This document shows positions 51,707-62,224 of a stretch of 64,000 bases of DNA, piece by piece. The position numbers and the translations under genes were made by a program. The stretch is from positions 96,001-160,000 of the forward strand of contig CBDCVK010000002.1 of NCBI GenBank assembly GCA_965223005.1, given 5' to 3'. The DNA comes from Terriglobia bacterium (GTDB taxonomy: Bacteria > Acidobacteriota > Terriglobia > JAJPHL01 > JAPKYU01). Below the pieces are notes generated by a model. The model did no database searches and was not told where the DNA came from. It was given only the letters and a program-made list of their open reading frames with translations. How positions within the stretch are numbered: position 1 is the stretch's first letter; each line of letters starts with the position of its first letter.

Positions 51707-52053
51707 GGGGCCTCAACTATCCTGAAGTAATTGTCCGTTGTTTCAGTACCCCTTTATTGAGACCATTTGTGCGAAGTCGAGCTCGAGAACGAGTTCGAGC
51801 CGTCTATGGTTAGGCATCTTCGCCGAGGAACCTGGTCACTACCTGCACCAACCGCGGCCATTACAAGAACCTATCAAGTATGACCCTTCGGTCACCGTTA
51901 AGATGCTGCATATCGGGGGACTGGGCGATCACGGGGTCAGCGGGTTTCCGGCAGTCTTGAGGAGAGATTCCCAAATCCAGAGGTTCACCCCAATCTTCAT
52001 TGGCGAGTTCGCACTTGAAGTCCTTTGCGTAGCTTTCATTCGTCTTCAGGACT

Positions 52054-54739
52054 TCATGGGTGACTGCCATATTGATTGTCCCCGTTGCTGCCAGTCGTTG
52101 CTGCGGGATCGACGATATCAGGTAATTGCCCGCGGTAACCAAAGATGCGCTGCAGCCATCGTACGAACGTAGGAGAGAGTTTCCGGACATACCATTGGTC
52201 TGCGGCACGCCGATTGCCGAGGGCATAGGTCGGGTACGGATGGATGGTATCGGCAATCTGGCGCAGGGTGACACCGTTCCGCATCGCCAGAGCGTACTCG
52301 CCAATCATCTCCCCGGCATTAGCACCGAGGATGCTGACACCGTGAATCTTGCCGGTGAAACTTCTGGCTAGCACTTTGATCATTCCCGTGGTGTCGTTGT
52401 CGATTATGGCGCGATCGATTTTCGAGAATGGAAAACGATAGACTTCATACTGCATTCCTCGCCTTTTGAGTTCCCCTTCCGACCGACCTACATGGGACAA
52501 CTCGGGGTCTGTGTAGGTGCACCAGGTCACATGTTTGAAATCCAGCGACATAGGAAGACGAAGTAAGGCGTTGCTTACGGCTATTTTCGCCATGTGTTCC
52601 GCCATGTGGGTAAACTGATAACGACCCGTCACATCACCGCCAGCGAAGATATTTTTCCTCGATGTACGGCAATGCTTATCCACAAGAATCCCAGTTTTGT
52701 TGAATGCCACACCGGCCGCCTCAAGACTTAATTGGTCCGTATTGGGGCGGCGGCCGCCGGAAAGTAAAAGAGCATCGCCTTTCACCGTAAGTGCGGGTGA
52801 CGCCGCTTCAGTGCTAGCCGTGACTTGGACGCCGGCGCCACTTCTTTCCACCTTCTTCACTGTCCTCGCCAGAGCGAATTGGATACCTTCAGAAACAAGG
52901 CTTTGCTGCAACCGGCGGGTCAATTCCTTGTCATCCCGGCTTAGAATCGAATTTTCCAGGTCGAACACAATCACTTCCGAACCTAATCGGCGGAAGGCCT
53001 GAGCCATCTCGATCCCCACCGGGCCCGCACCGATAATAATCAACCTTCGCGGAAGGTCTGACAACGTGAATATCGTTTCATTCGTCAGATAGCGTGTTGT
53101 CGAAAGTCCTTCTAGGGGACTGGATCACAAATATCGGGAAGACACCTGGGCGACCCTTACGAACAAAATATTGCGAGGACACTGATGTTCCTACCTGAGC
53201 CCCGAGAGCAGGATCATCCGTTGCGGCCGATACGCCGCATGACCGACCAAGCACTGCAACGGCTTTCGCCGCGGTTCGAGCGGATGTATGCTGACATCGG
53301 TCGCCCCTCGACGCCCCGGAGAAGCTGCTGCGGGCCTTGCTGCTGCAGGTGCTCTACACCATCCGCAGCCGGATGCTTATGGAGTCGATTACAACCTCCT
53401 GTTCCGGTGGTTTGTGGGACTGAGCCGTCATGGATGACCTTGTGTTCAGCAAGAACCGGGATCGCCGAGGCATTCTTTGACGAGGTGTTGCGCGAGGCGG
53501 GCGAGCAGGATCGGAGGAGCAATGGACGGGACGCTGCTGGAGGCGTGGGCGAGCCAGAAGAGCTTTCGAAACGCGCCGGAGGGGCCGCCGCCAGGATCGG
53601 GCAATCCCACTTCCACAAAGAGAAGCGGACCAACGAAACGCACCAGTCGACGACAGACCCGGACGCTCGGCTGGCCCGGAAGGGCAAAGGCAAGGAGGCC
53701 AGCTGAGATCGCCGGGCACCGCTGATGGAGAACCGCAACGGGCTGGTGGTGAATGTGCGGCTGACCCAGGCCACCGGCACCGCCGAGCGGGAAGCGGCCG
53801 TGGAGATGGTGGACGACATTCCGGGCCCGATAAGGTAGATACGACGCCAGCGATGGTGCAGCAGTTGCGGGAACGGAAGGCGGCACGTGGCGCAGAACCA
53901 GGAACGGCGGCGCAGTGCCATCGACAGCCGGACCACACGGCACCCGGGTTACCTGAGCGCGGAAGAAGGTGAACGGTCGGGTTGCTGCGGAAGCTGCGGC
54001 ATCGGGGCCTGGAGCGCGTCGGCTGGATCTTCACCTTTACGGCTGCCGCCTTCAACCTGGTCCGGATTCGCAACTTGGTGATCGGGGCCGGCCCGCCGCG
54101 GGTAGTGGGCCCAGGGGCCGCCTGAGGAGGAGTGTGTCCAAAGGACGAAAAAGGGCTGGGAAAGGCAAAAGACAAGGCCCCAAAGGGCCAATAGCGAGGT
54201 TCACTACGAACCGAACGGCTCAAAGAAAATTCCCACAGGATAAAACTGAATTTTTTGGCCCTTTTTCAGCACCCTGCTAGGGGAGGAATATGGGGCGCAC
54301 TGCCGGTGGCGATCACAAAATATCGGGAAGACACCTGCGAACGCGTCCCTTGTTCATCAACAATTTCCAATCTGCGCGGATCCAGAAACTTGGCCTGGGC
54401 GGTGATCACTTGTACCCCCATGCTTTCATAGATCGGCGGCGCGTCGGCTTCCGAATAGATATGGGCTTGTGTGGCATGAACGTGTTCCATCACCTTCGCA
54501 AAGTTAATGTTGGGAGTGGAAGGATCTAGTCCGTGGCGGTCAGCCATTCGCATGGTATGCACAACCTTGGCCGCTTTTAACAAGGTCTTGCTCGGCACGC
54601 AGCCAGTCCACGTACACTCTCCTCCGAGCTTTCGCGCCTCCACCAGCCCCGTCTTGGCGCCCAGGGAAGCAGAAAGTCCAGCAGCGGTTAGACCCGCCGC
54701 GCCTCCGCCTATTACGACCATATCGAAGTCATAGTACAT
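52054..54739 (-). pseudogene. Pyridine nucleotide-disulfide oxidoreductase (MerA/LpdA-like) split by an IS
   Basis: GGGAAG, GGECTWTGCVPSK, GAGPVG, HPYPT; removing the IS and one CTAG restores HIPPL|EGLSTTRYLTNETIF in frame. Confidence 0.88.
53116..54276 (+). mobile_element. IS5-family insertion sequence with multiply frameshifted transposase
   Basis: DHPLRPIR, GRPS, DGTLLEAWAS, HQSTTDPDARL motifs across frames; CTAG at 53112-15 and 54277-80; right end TTTTTCAGCACCCTG. Confidence 0.85.
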
Positions 54740-55141
54740 AGTGCCCTCACAGCTATACTGGGACTCAAGGAAGCAATCAGCCATTATAGCTTTTCCACGC
54801 TTATTCTCCGACCAAGCCGTGCCAAAACCATTTGATGCTGTTGAGAAAGTTTGCTGCGGCGGGAGCGCTGACTCTGACCCTGAAGCGTGGAGCTACAGAA
54901 ACCGGGCCACCCTAGCCGAGGGATCAGTAAGAGTGCCCAGCGCCGCAGTGTCGGGTCGCTGTCAGACAACCCCACGGCTTGTCCCCACTAAAGAGGAATT
55001 GTCGTGACGGCTCGATGGGTTGCTAATGGACTCCATCTGACTGACCGAGCTAGAGTAGCTCCCGGTTCGGGGTCCCACAATTCAGAATAGGAGGGTAACC
55101 TCAGCGCAACTGTATCTTTAGAACACTTCCCGGAAGCGCCG

Positions 55142-57004
55142 TTAGGAGGTCCGTGAGACCCGGCGTCGGACCCGCAGGCCGATCCAGATAACCAGGACAG
55201 AGCCAATCACTACAAAGATCACCAGCCAAGGCCAGCGTTTCCATTGATTCAGCAAGGCAGGTCGATCCTCGTCGGGCCCGACAGGCAACCAGAACCGCCA
55301 CCGAGTGACTGGCTCGGTCGCCGTCTTTTCTGCCAAGGGACGCAGGATCGCGTTGGCAGGCTGGAGCAGGTACTCGGCCGATAAGAAACTCAGATTGAAA
55401 CGCGCCACCGGATCGGTAAGAGGCCGGGCCCGGTTTTCTTCAACGGGAACGAGGCCCAACTTTACCGTACCTTCTGGACCAGAGGCGGGCAGGGCAACCC
55501 GGTTCTGCGAAGCAAGCTCACCAAAAAATTGGGGAGACATCCGCTCGTCCACTCCCAACAGCCACGGCCCATGGAACAGCGCCGCGCGGTTGGGCCTTTC
55601 TGGATGGTGCACCAGTCGCGTCTCCATACGATAACGAACCTGGACGGATTCACCGCTTCTCCACCCGCGGTCCAGCCGCAGGTACCCATTGTGTATTTCC
55701 CCCGGCACCGGCCGACCGTCCACCGATGCCTCCATTGTCGTGGCCCAACCTGGTCGCCGGATGGCCAACGTCCCTATGCGACCGTCGGCTTCGACTACTT
55801 CCAGGCGCACCGTACCGTCCCGCGCCAGAGAAGAATCGGCGCGAATCTTCCAACCATCTGCATCTACGCGGCTGTCGATCGGCAGGTCGTAGAAAACCAC
55901 GCCTTCCTTAGAATGAAACGCCGCCGCAGCGATATCCGGGAAGGCCCGCAGCCCGTGCAGGGTGCAGCACCACCAGGCGCGAACGCCAGTAGAGCCGATG
56001 CCGTTTTCCTCCAGAACGTGATGGCCGAAGTCCCCGTTCGGAAACTGGTTAAACGAGAATGCGTTGAGCAGGGACCCCTCGGCCTGCTCGAGATACTGAA
56101 GTTTGCCAGTCAACCGCCACACTTCCAGGCTTAAGCGCACCCAATCGGCGTGCGAACAACCTTCATCGCGCCGGATGTCGTCGCGGCGGATCTGCGGGTA
56201 AAAAGCCTCTGGAACTGCGCCCTGGATCAGTAGGTTCCCGGATTCCCCAATGCCTTTCCATTCCCTCTCCGCTTGCTGCAGATAGGCCTCATCGCCGGTC
56301 GCTTTGAACAGTTCGACGATTCCCCGCAGAGAAGACAGGAAGCCGTGACTATGTTGCGACGGGTAGCGGGCGACCCGCGCTGCCATTTGTTGGGCCAACT
56401 CCCGGTACCGAGCCGAGCCGGTCACGCGGTACAGTTCCACCAGTCCTTCGATGTTCTGAGTCCAGCAGATGTATCCCATCGCGAAATGCTTGCCGCTATA
56501 CTGGCGGCGAACCGCATCGGAGTTGTAGACCGGCGCGACGCTTACCAGAAAGTCGCCGATGCGGCGTGCCGCTGCCAGCACATCCGGCCGCGGATTCAAC
56601 CGGTGGTACTCCAGCAGGCCGATTAGCAGGCGGCCGTTTCCCCACAGTCTCGCCATGTCATCTGCCTCGACGCCCGAGTCGCTCATCGGATCGCCGAAAT
56701 GGCCGTCGGGTTTTTGATGTCGAAGGATCTCGAGCGCGACCCGGTCAAGCGAAGCAAAACGCCTGTCGGTATGCCGCGCCGCAGCCGCGACAGCGCCAAT
56801 GTATCGGCCCGAGAGGTCGCCGCTGAAGTTGGTAAAACGCCGAACGTGCCGGGGTATGACGTCAGCCAGCAACAGTTCATCTGTGTATGCTGGTGACTTG
56901 CCGTGGAGAACCCGGTCGAGCGCCAGTTCAAAGCGCTGCGAGAAGTCGCCGGCAAAGATCGGGCCGCAGAAGATCAACAGAAAAGATGCGGCCAGCGCGC
57001 GCAT
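55142..57004 (-). CDS. GH127/GH146-like (DUF1680) glycoside hydrolase with C-terminal membrane anchor
   Basis: Signal peptide; HSH, DEGC, WWCC, IRRPGW, GPWLL; C-terminal TM helix + RVRRR. Confidence 0.8.
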   Translation of the reverse strand: MRALAASFLLIFCGPIFAGDFSQRFELALDRVLHGKSPAYTDELLLADVIPRHVRRFTNFSGDLSGRYIGAVAAAARHTDRRFASLDRVALEILRHQKPDGHFGDPMSDSGVEADDMARLWGNGRLLIGLLEYHRLNPRPDVLAAARRIGDFLVSVAPVYNSDAVRRQYSGKHFAMGYICWTQNIEGLVELYRVTGSARYRELAQQMAARVARYPSQHSHGFLSSLRGIVELFKATGDEAYLQQAEREWKGIGESGNLLIQGAVPEAFYPQIRRDDIRRDEGCSHADWVRLSLEVWRLTGKLQYLEQAEGSLLNAFSFNQFPNGDFGHHVLEENGIGSTGVRAWWCCTLHGLRAFPDIAAAAFHSKEGVVFYDLPIDSRVDADGWKIRADSSLARDGTVRLEVVEADGRIGTLAIRRPGWATTMEASVDGRPVPGEIHNGYLRLDRGWRSGESVQVRYRMETRLVHHPERPNRAALFHGPWLLGVDERMSPQFFGELASQNRVALPASGPEGTVKLGLVPVEENRARPLTDPVARFNLSFLSAEYLLQPANAILRPLAEKTATEPVTRWRFWLPVGPDEDRPALLNQWKRWPWLVIFVVIGSVLVIWIGLRVRRRVSRTS

Positions 57005-57208
57005 GGCCGACAAATACTACCTTCGAGTGCGCGGGTCAAGTCCATGCGATCGACACGATTTAAGTGAGTAAGGGGCAGGGAGGCCGGACTCCTCGTTTAG
57101 GTATCCTTGTAGATGTCCGAAACAGATGCCCGGAGAGAGTGGAAGAGCGCCGAGGATGGCTCGACGCTAGGTCTCGCGCTCGCCAATCATACACGCGAGT
57201 CGCTAGGG

Positions 57209-59488
57209 TTACCCGCTTGAGGTCGGTGAGACTGTCGCTCGCCTGGCGCGCAACACCCAGCCAAGATTCACTGCAAACAAGAGCGCCGGCGCCAGATACA
57301 CCCATACCCAACCAGGGTTGATCATCCGAAGAAGAGCGTCGAAATCTGTCCCCGGGACCCCGTAAGAAACTGTCAGGTTGGGCAAAGCAATCGACGTCAA
57401 GATGTACGGTGTCCCCCTCGCAATCATCAGCAGAGCCTGCAAGAGCAGGTAACCCCAGGCCACCAGCACCAGCCCTCCCAGGAAACTCCATCCTGACGAG
57501 ATGCCTGGCAGGAGCACCTCCAGGACGCTAAAGCCCTTGGGAGGCAACTGTGTCGCCGTCCATCGGGGAAGAAACAGCAGCCCGACAGCAAGAATCAAGG
57601 CGGCTACCAGCATCAACTTCAGAACAATCATGGAGCCTGGTGATCCCACAACGCCCGAGTTGCTGAACAATCCCTCTGGGCCAGAACCCGCAAACGGCCC
57701 GACCTTTGCTTGCAAGAGGATGGAGCCACCCAGGAAAACGGGCGCCCAGCGCTCCGCTCGCGGTGGGGCGATCATGGCCCGATCCGGTAGATACTTCGAA
57801 TACTGTTCGGCCCAGATTCCTTGTGGCGGTTGCCCCAGATTGAGGCCCGACTCCGCCAACCCCGGGTCCAGTGCGAGAGCTTTTTCGAATGCCTGCCGCG
57901 CTTCCTGCTCCTCGCCGGCACCCCGCAAGAGCACCCCGAGATTGTTCCAGCTCTCGGCAAAATCCGGCAGGCTGCGGTAGAGACGTTCGGCCTTTTCGTT
58001 CTCACCACTTTGGTGGTACGCGACAGCTAACAAGAGGTCGCGTTCGGGTGTTGGGGGCAACCGGTTTTCCAGGTGCCACACCGTTACTGGCCCTGCCAAG
58101 CTTCCCATCCCGGAGCTCAGCGGCATCCCTGCTGCACGCGAGACCCCCTGGACAATTACCGTAAACGAGCCCACCGCAAACCAAACCGTGAGAATAATTG
58201 TAAGAAAGGCTACGCGTTGACTGAGGGTCCAGTACCGGAAGCTCACAAGCGAGAAGGCGCGGACGCGCATGCCTTGTCCCTTTTGCGCGGCCAAATCCGC
58301 CCGGCGCTGTCTCCGGTACCGCACACTGAGTAGAGTCGCGTAGAGCCCCGCGGCAATGGGTGCTGAAAGAATCATCAGGATCAGCAGGTCGGCAAGGAGG
58401 GTGTAGTCTCTTGGCATCAGGAAGACCGAAGTGCGGGCCGCCTCGCTGGCCCGGGCGCGCCATACACGCGCAGCCTCGGTCTGCCCACTTTGCTGGAGGT
58501 AGGCGGCATACGCCTGCCACGCGAAATCGGCAGCTTCGCCGCGGGGCGCAAGCCGAAAGTTCCGCTCCATCAATTCCCGGCCGTAGTTGGTGTTCAAGTC
58601 CGGGGGGTTCTTTCTCCAAGGTTGGTAGAGGATCATCTTCCCGATCAGGGTCAGCAACAGCCGCGGATCGTTTCCGCGCTTCAAGAAATCCTGATATCCC
58701 AGTTCAAATGCTCTACGTGCCGCCGCGCGTTCCCCTAGACGGTCAAGGAGGCCGGCCAGAGGAAGCATTTCGGTGAAATCTGTCGTGGGCACCTGTACCG
58801 CTTCTTCGAGTACCGCCGGAGCTCGCGGGTCTTCCACTTCCCGCAAGACCCTCCACAGGGCGATGCGAAGCGCCGGGGTGGTCGGATCGCGCCCGACTGC
58901 CTCTTCCAGCCCTCTTAGAAGCTCTTCAGCCTCTCCTCCCTTCGGAATCTTCCACGTGTCCGATAAAAGACCGGCCGACTCCTCGGAACGCCATGCCGAC
59001 TCCACTTCGGTCATCGGAACTCGATTCAGCATTAGATTGCCGTTAGGCCAATAAGGCACAACCCTCCCGGCAGCGGGGAAGGAGGCGAACGTTCGGCGGA
59101 ATGCACGATCGTTGAGCTTGTCTTCCACTTCAATTTGCACCCGATTTTCGGTCGGACTGAGCGAGACGATCATCCCAGGAAAGTGCCACCGATCAATCAC
59201 AACGCCCTTCTTCGTATCAATCAGGCGCAGCCAACCCGCATGGCTGAACCAGGCGCGGTTCTCCCCGGCCACAACCAACTGCTTGTTGTATTGGGCGTAC
59301 GTGCCGTAGCGGAGTTGCCAGGACTGTGGTCCACTGCCCCCCGTGATTTCAATCAGGGTCTTCGAGGAGCTATCCATCTGGACATCGGCACCCAGCGTGG
59401 GGCTGGCCGACCCGAGAAGTGCTAGGAGCGCAACCGGAAGCGTTGCCTGAAGCGGTCGAAGCATGTGTCTGATTCCGTGATTCTTCAT
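57209..59488 (-). CDS. Membrane protein with tetratricopeptide repeats
   Basis: Signal peptide, several TM segments, AESWNNLGVLL...EARQAFEKALALDP. Confidence 0.75.
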   Translation of the reverse strand: MKNHGIRHMLRPLQATLPVALLALLGSASPTLGADVQMDSSSKTLIEITGGSGPQSWQLRYGTYAQYNKQLVVAGENRAWFSHAGWLRLIDTKKGVVIDRWHFPGMIVSLSPTENRVQIEVEDKLNDRAFRRTFASFPAAGRVVPYWPNGNLMLNRVPMTEVESAWRSEESAGLLSDTWKIPKGGEAEELLRGLEEAVGRDPTTPALRIALWRVLREVEDPRAPAVLEEAVQVPTTDFTEMLPLAGLLDRLGERAAARRAFELGYQDFLKRGNDPRLLLTLIGKMILYQPWRKNPPDLNTNYGRELMERNFRLAPRGEAADFAWQAYAAYLQQSGQTEAARVWRARASEAARTSVFLMPRDYTLLADLLILMILSAPIAAGLYATLLSVRYRRQRRADLAAQKGQGMRVRAFSLVSFRYWTLSQRVAFLTIILTVWFAVGSFTVIVQGVSRAAGMPLSSGMGSLAGPVTVWHLENRLPPTPERDLLLAVAYHQSGENEKAERLYRSLPDFAESWNNLGVLLRGAGEEQEARQAFEKALALDPGLAESGLNLGQPPQGIWAEQYSKYLPDRAMIAPPRAERWAPVFLGGSILLQAKVGPFAGSGPEGLFSNSGVVGSPGSMIVLKLMLVAALILAVGLLFLPRWTATQLPPKGFSVLEVLLPGISSGWSFLGGLVLVAWGYLLLQALLMIARGTPYILTSIALPNLTVSYGVPGTDFDALLRMINPGWVWVYLAPALLFAVNLGWVLRARRATVSPTSSG

Positions 59489-60420
59489 GCCAGTGCCGGA
59501 AGCACCTTCTCCGCAAAAGCTTCCAGGGCTTCCCAGTCGTAGGGGCCCTGACGGAAACCGATATTCAGGCGCTGGACGCCGGCATCGCGATACGCGGCTG
59601 CCATTTCCATTGCCTGTTCCGGGGTCCCGCGGAAAAACCCGCGACGGTGTTCAAGCAAACTGCCCCAGTGGGCCTTTAGAATTTCTTCCTGCCGGGCGAC
59701 AGCGCTGGTGTCAGCGGCCATGTAAAAGCCGACGTTCGCGCTGCGCAGGATGGACTTCGGGTTGCGATCTTCCCTTTGACACCATTCGTCCAGTACTGCG
59801 TTCTTCGCTCGCCACGCTTGAGGATCGAGATAGGGCGCGTTCCAGCCATCCGCATAGCGTGCGGTGGCGCGCAGCGTGCGCTTCTCGCCGATTCCGCCGA
59901 TCCAGATCCGCAGACGCTTCTGTAGTGGTTTCGGATTCGAGCGCGCGTCACTGAGTTGAAAATGCTTGCCGTCGAACTCGGACGCCTTCTGATCGAAAAG
60001 GAGGCGCAAAACCTGCGCGTATTCCTCCAGTTGATCCTCGCGGACGCCGATCGGAGCGAAGGGAATGCCGAATGCCCGGTACTCGCGCTCATGCCATCCC
60101 GCGCCGATCCCGCACTCCACGCGGCCCCCGGAGAGGTGGTCAATCGTCGTAAGCGCTTTCGCCAGGAGTCCAGGATTGCGGTAGTTAATGCAGAAAACCA
60201 GGCAGCCGATCCGAACTTTCCGGGTTTCCACCGCCGCGGCCGTCATGGAAGCGAGCGCCTCGAAGCAGTCCTGGTCTCCTCCTCGCGGCGGGGACTCTTG
60301 GAAATGGTCCGAAACCGAGAACCAGTCAAAACCGCGGTCGTCGGCGAACTTCCAGAGCCGGCGCATTTCGTCGAGAGGTCCACCCAGATGCCCAACGTGA
60401 ATGCCGAAGGTCATGGACAC
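59485..60420 (-). CDS. LLM-class flavin/F420-dependent oxidoreductase
   Basis: VSDHF, RNPGLLAK, SGGRVECGIGAGW, IWIGG, ADGWN. Confidence 0.92.
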   Translation of the reverse strand: MSMTFGIHVGHLGGPLDEMRRLWKFADDRGFDWFSVSDHFQESPPRGGDQDCFEALASMTAAAVETRKVRIGCLVFCINYRNPGLLAKALTTIDHLSGGRVECGIGAGWHEREYRAFGIPFAPIGVREDQLEEYAQVLRLLFDQKASEFDGKHFQLSDARSNPKPLQKRLRIWIGGIGEKRTLRATARYADGWNAPYLDPQAWRAKNAVLDEWCQREDRNPKSILRSANVGFYMAADTSAVARQEEILKAHWGSLLEHRRGFFRGTPEQAMEMAAAYRDAGVQRLNIGFRQGPYDWEALEAFAEKVLPALA

Positions 60421-60662
60421 TTGTCACTCCCCGGTGGTTCGTCGTCGCTCAGTCTATCCTAACCCGATCTTGCGAGCCACTGACCGCGCCAGTTAGGCGC
60501 AAATGTCAGGCGCAAAGCAAATGGGCTGCCCGCCAGGCTGGCGGCTAGGGAAGATTTTTGCATCTTGGCCTAGTCGCCGGCGTTACAATGTAGGGGTTCT
60601 TCGGCTGGATTCTCTGGAGACAGGGAAGAAGAGCAGTTCTAAGGAAATGGAGGTGCAGTCCG

Positions 60663-61934
60663 ATGAAAACTGCGCAAGGGACAACGGTTCTGCATAATGG
60701 ACAGCTTGTGGATGGGACCGGGGCACGGGCCGTGCCCAATGCCACACTGGTGATTCAGGATGGTCGAATCACCTACGCGGGTCCAAGCTCGGGGGCGCCG
60801 GAGGTTTCTCCTCAGGCCCGGCGGATTGACGCAAAAGGCGGCACCTTCATGCCCGGGCTCATCGAGCCCCATTGGCATCCCTCCTACGTGAACGCGGTGA
60901 CCATATCGGATCTGGATATGCGCTACCCCGTGGAGTATATGGCCCTTCGATCGGCCTCCCACGCCCACCTGTTACTGGAGTGTGGGTATACAGGAACTCG
61001 CACCGGTGGAGGCATGCACAACATCGACATCGCGCTCAAAAAGGCGGTCGAGGAGGACCACCTGCCGGGGCCCCGGATCTCGGCCGCTGGCCGGGATATC
61101 TGTGGCCGGGGTGGGATGATGGACTGCAACCCCGACTTCTTGAAGTTGGGGATGGAGGGCGAGACGTTCGTGGTGGATGGACCCATCGAGGCGCGCTCCG
61201 CAGCCCGCAGGATCATCAAGGCCGGAGCGGACTGGATTAAGACCTACCCCGGTGGGGATGCGGGCTGTGGCCATGCTGGTTCTCACACTCTTAACATGAC
61301 CGAGGAGGAGATGCGGGCCGTCGCGGAGGAGGCCCATAACTATGGAGTCAGGGTCTTCGGTCACCTCCGGGGCGCCAAAGCGTCGAAGATCGCCTTGCGC
61401 CTGGGGTACGATTCGATCGAGCACGGCAATTACATGGACGATGAGGGCGTGGAAATGCTGCTGGAACGCGACACGCCCATTGTCCCGACGTTGTACCACT
61501 GTCAGGCGGCGAACGAGCGTGGGCGGGAATTCGGGTTCTCGCAAGAGGCCCTGGATGAAGAAAAGGAGCACGTAGAGTGCGGCGCCGAGGTTGCCCAGAA
61601 GGTGCTCAAAGGCGGCGGGCGGGTCGCCACCGGAGGAGGTGACTTCGGCTTGGCGTGGAACCCGCACGGGGACTATGCCAAGGAGCTTAGCTTCTTTGTG
61701 AAATACGTGGGCTTCAGTCCGCTCGATACCATCCGCGGGGCCACCAAGATTGGAGCCGATCTGATGGGACGGGAGAAAGAAATCGGCACGTTGGAGTCGG
61801 GCAAGCTGGCCGACTTGCTGGTGGTCGCAGGAGATGTGCTGGCCGACATCACCCTACTGGAGGATCCGTCCAACTTCATCGCAGTGATGCAGGGCGGCCT
61901 GATCAAGTCGGGCCGGCTGGCCCCAGCCTGCTAA
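60663..61934 (+). CDS. Amidohydrolase family protein (prolidase/imidazolonepropionase-like)
   Basis: MPGLIEPHWH, GADWIK, SIEHG, GKLADL. Confidence 0.9.
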   Translation: MKTAQGTTVLHNGQLVDGTGARAVPNATLVIQDGRITYAGPSSGAPEVSPQARRIDAKGGTFMPGLIEPHWHPSYVNAVTISDLDMRYPVEYMALRSASHAHLLLECGYTGTRTGGGMHNIDIALKKAVEEDHLPGPRISAAGRDICGRGGMMDCNPDFLKLGMEGETFVVDGPIEARSAARRIIKAGADWIKTYPGGDAGCGHAGSHTLNMTEEEMRAVAEEAHNYGVRVFGHLRGAKASKIALRLGYDSIEHGNYMDDEGVEMLLERDTPIVPTLYHCQAANERGREFGFSQEALDEEKEHVECGAEVAQKVLKGGGRVATGGGDFGLAWNPHGDYAKELSFFVKYVGFSPLDTIRGATKIGADLMGREKEIGTLESGKLADLLVVAGDVLADITLLEDPSNFIAVMQGGLIKSGRLAPAC

Positions 61935-61953
61935 TTGAAAGCAGGCTGGGGCC
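61919..61953 (+). terminator. Strong hairpin overlapping the amidohydrolase stop
   Basis: GGCCCCAGCCTGCT-aattgaa-AGCAGGCTGGGGCC, 14-bp perfect stem, no U tract. Confidence 0.55.
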
Positions 61954-62102
61954 GCTACGGGACCTCCCTGACGTTGACAAAGCTGTCGCAGGTTTGACCC
62001 AAAGAAGCTTCGTTTGTTCCAATCAGATCCCGATCTACCTCCACCGGGCGTGGGACCGGGGAGCGCCATGTTTCTCATAAGCAGAATTTATGCAGATGGC
62101 CG

Positions 62103-62131
62103 TTGACATAAGTAGCGTTTAATACTAGCCT
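62103..62131 (+). promoter_or_regulatory. Sigma70 promoter of ilvB
   Basis: TTGACA-N17-TAGCCT. Confidence 0.7.
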
Positions 62132-62224
62132 TGTGTTTTGTCCGCGCCGTCTGACTTGCGGGCCGCGGCCTCGCCGCACACCCGGTCGGAGGACGGGGAA
62201 CTTGCTGGGGACAGGGAACTTGCT

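Noticed and set aside
54101-54109. GGTAGTGGG inside the IS matching the repeat head
   Set aside because: Only 9 bp and not followed by the rest of the motif; probably chance.
52054-54739. Mercuric reductase merA
   Set aside because: No C-terminal Cys-Cys pair, no NmerA domain and no mer operon; kept as a generic family member.
62132-62224. ilvB attenuator leader peptide or T-box
   Set aside because: No Ile/Leu/Val-rich short ORF and no U-tailed terminator seen.
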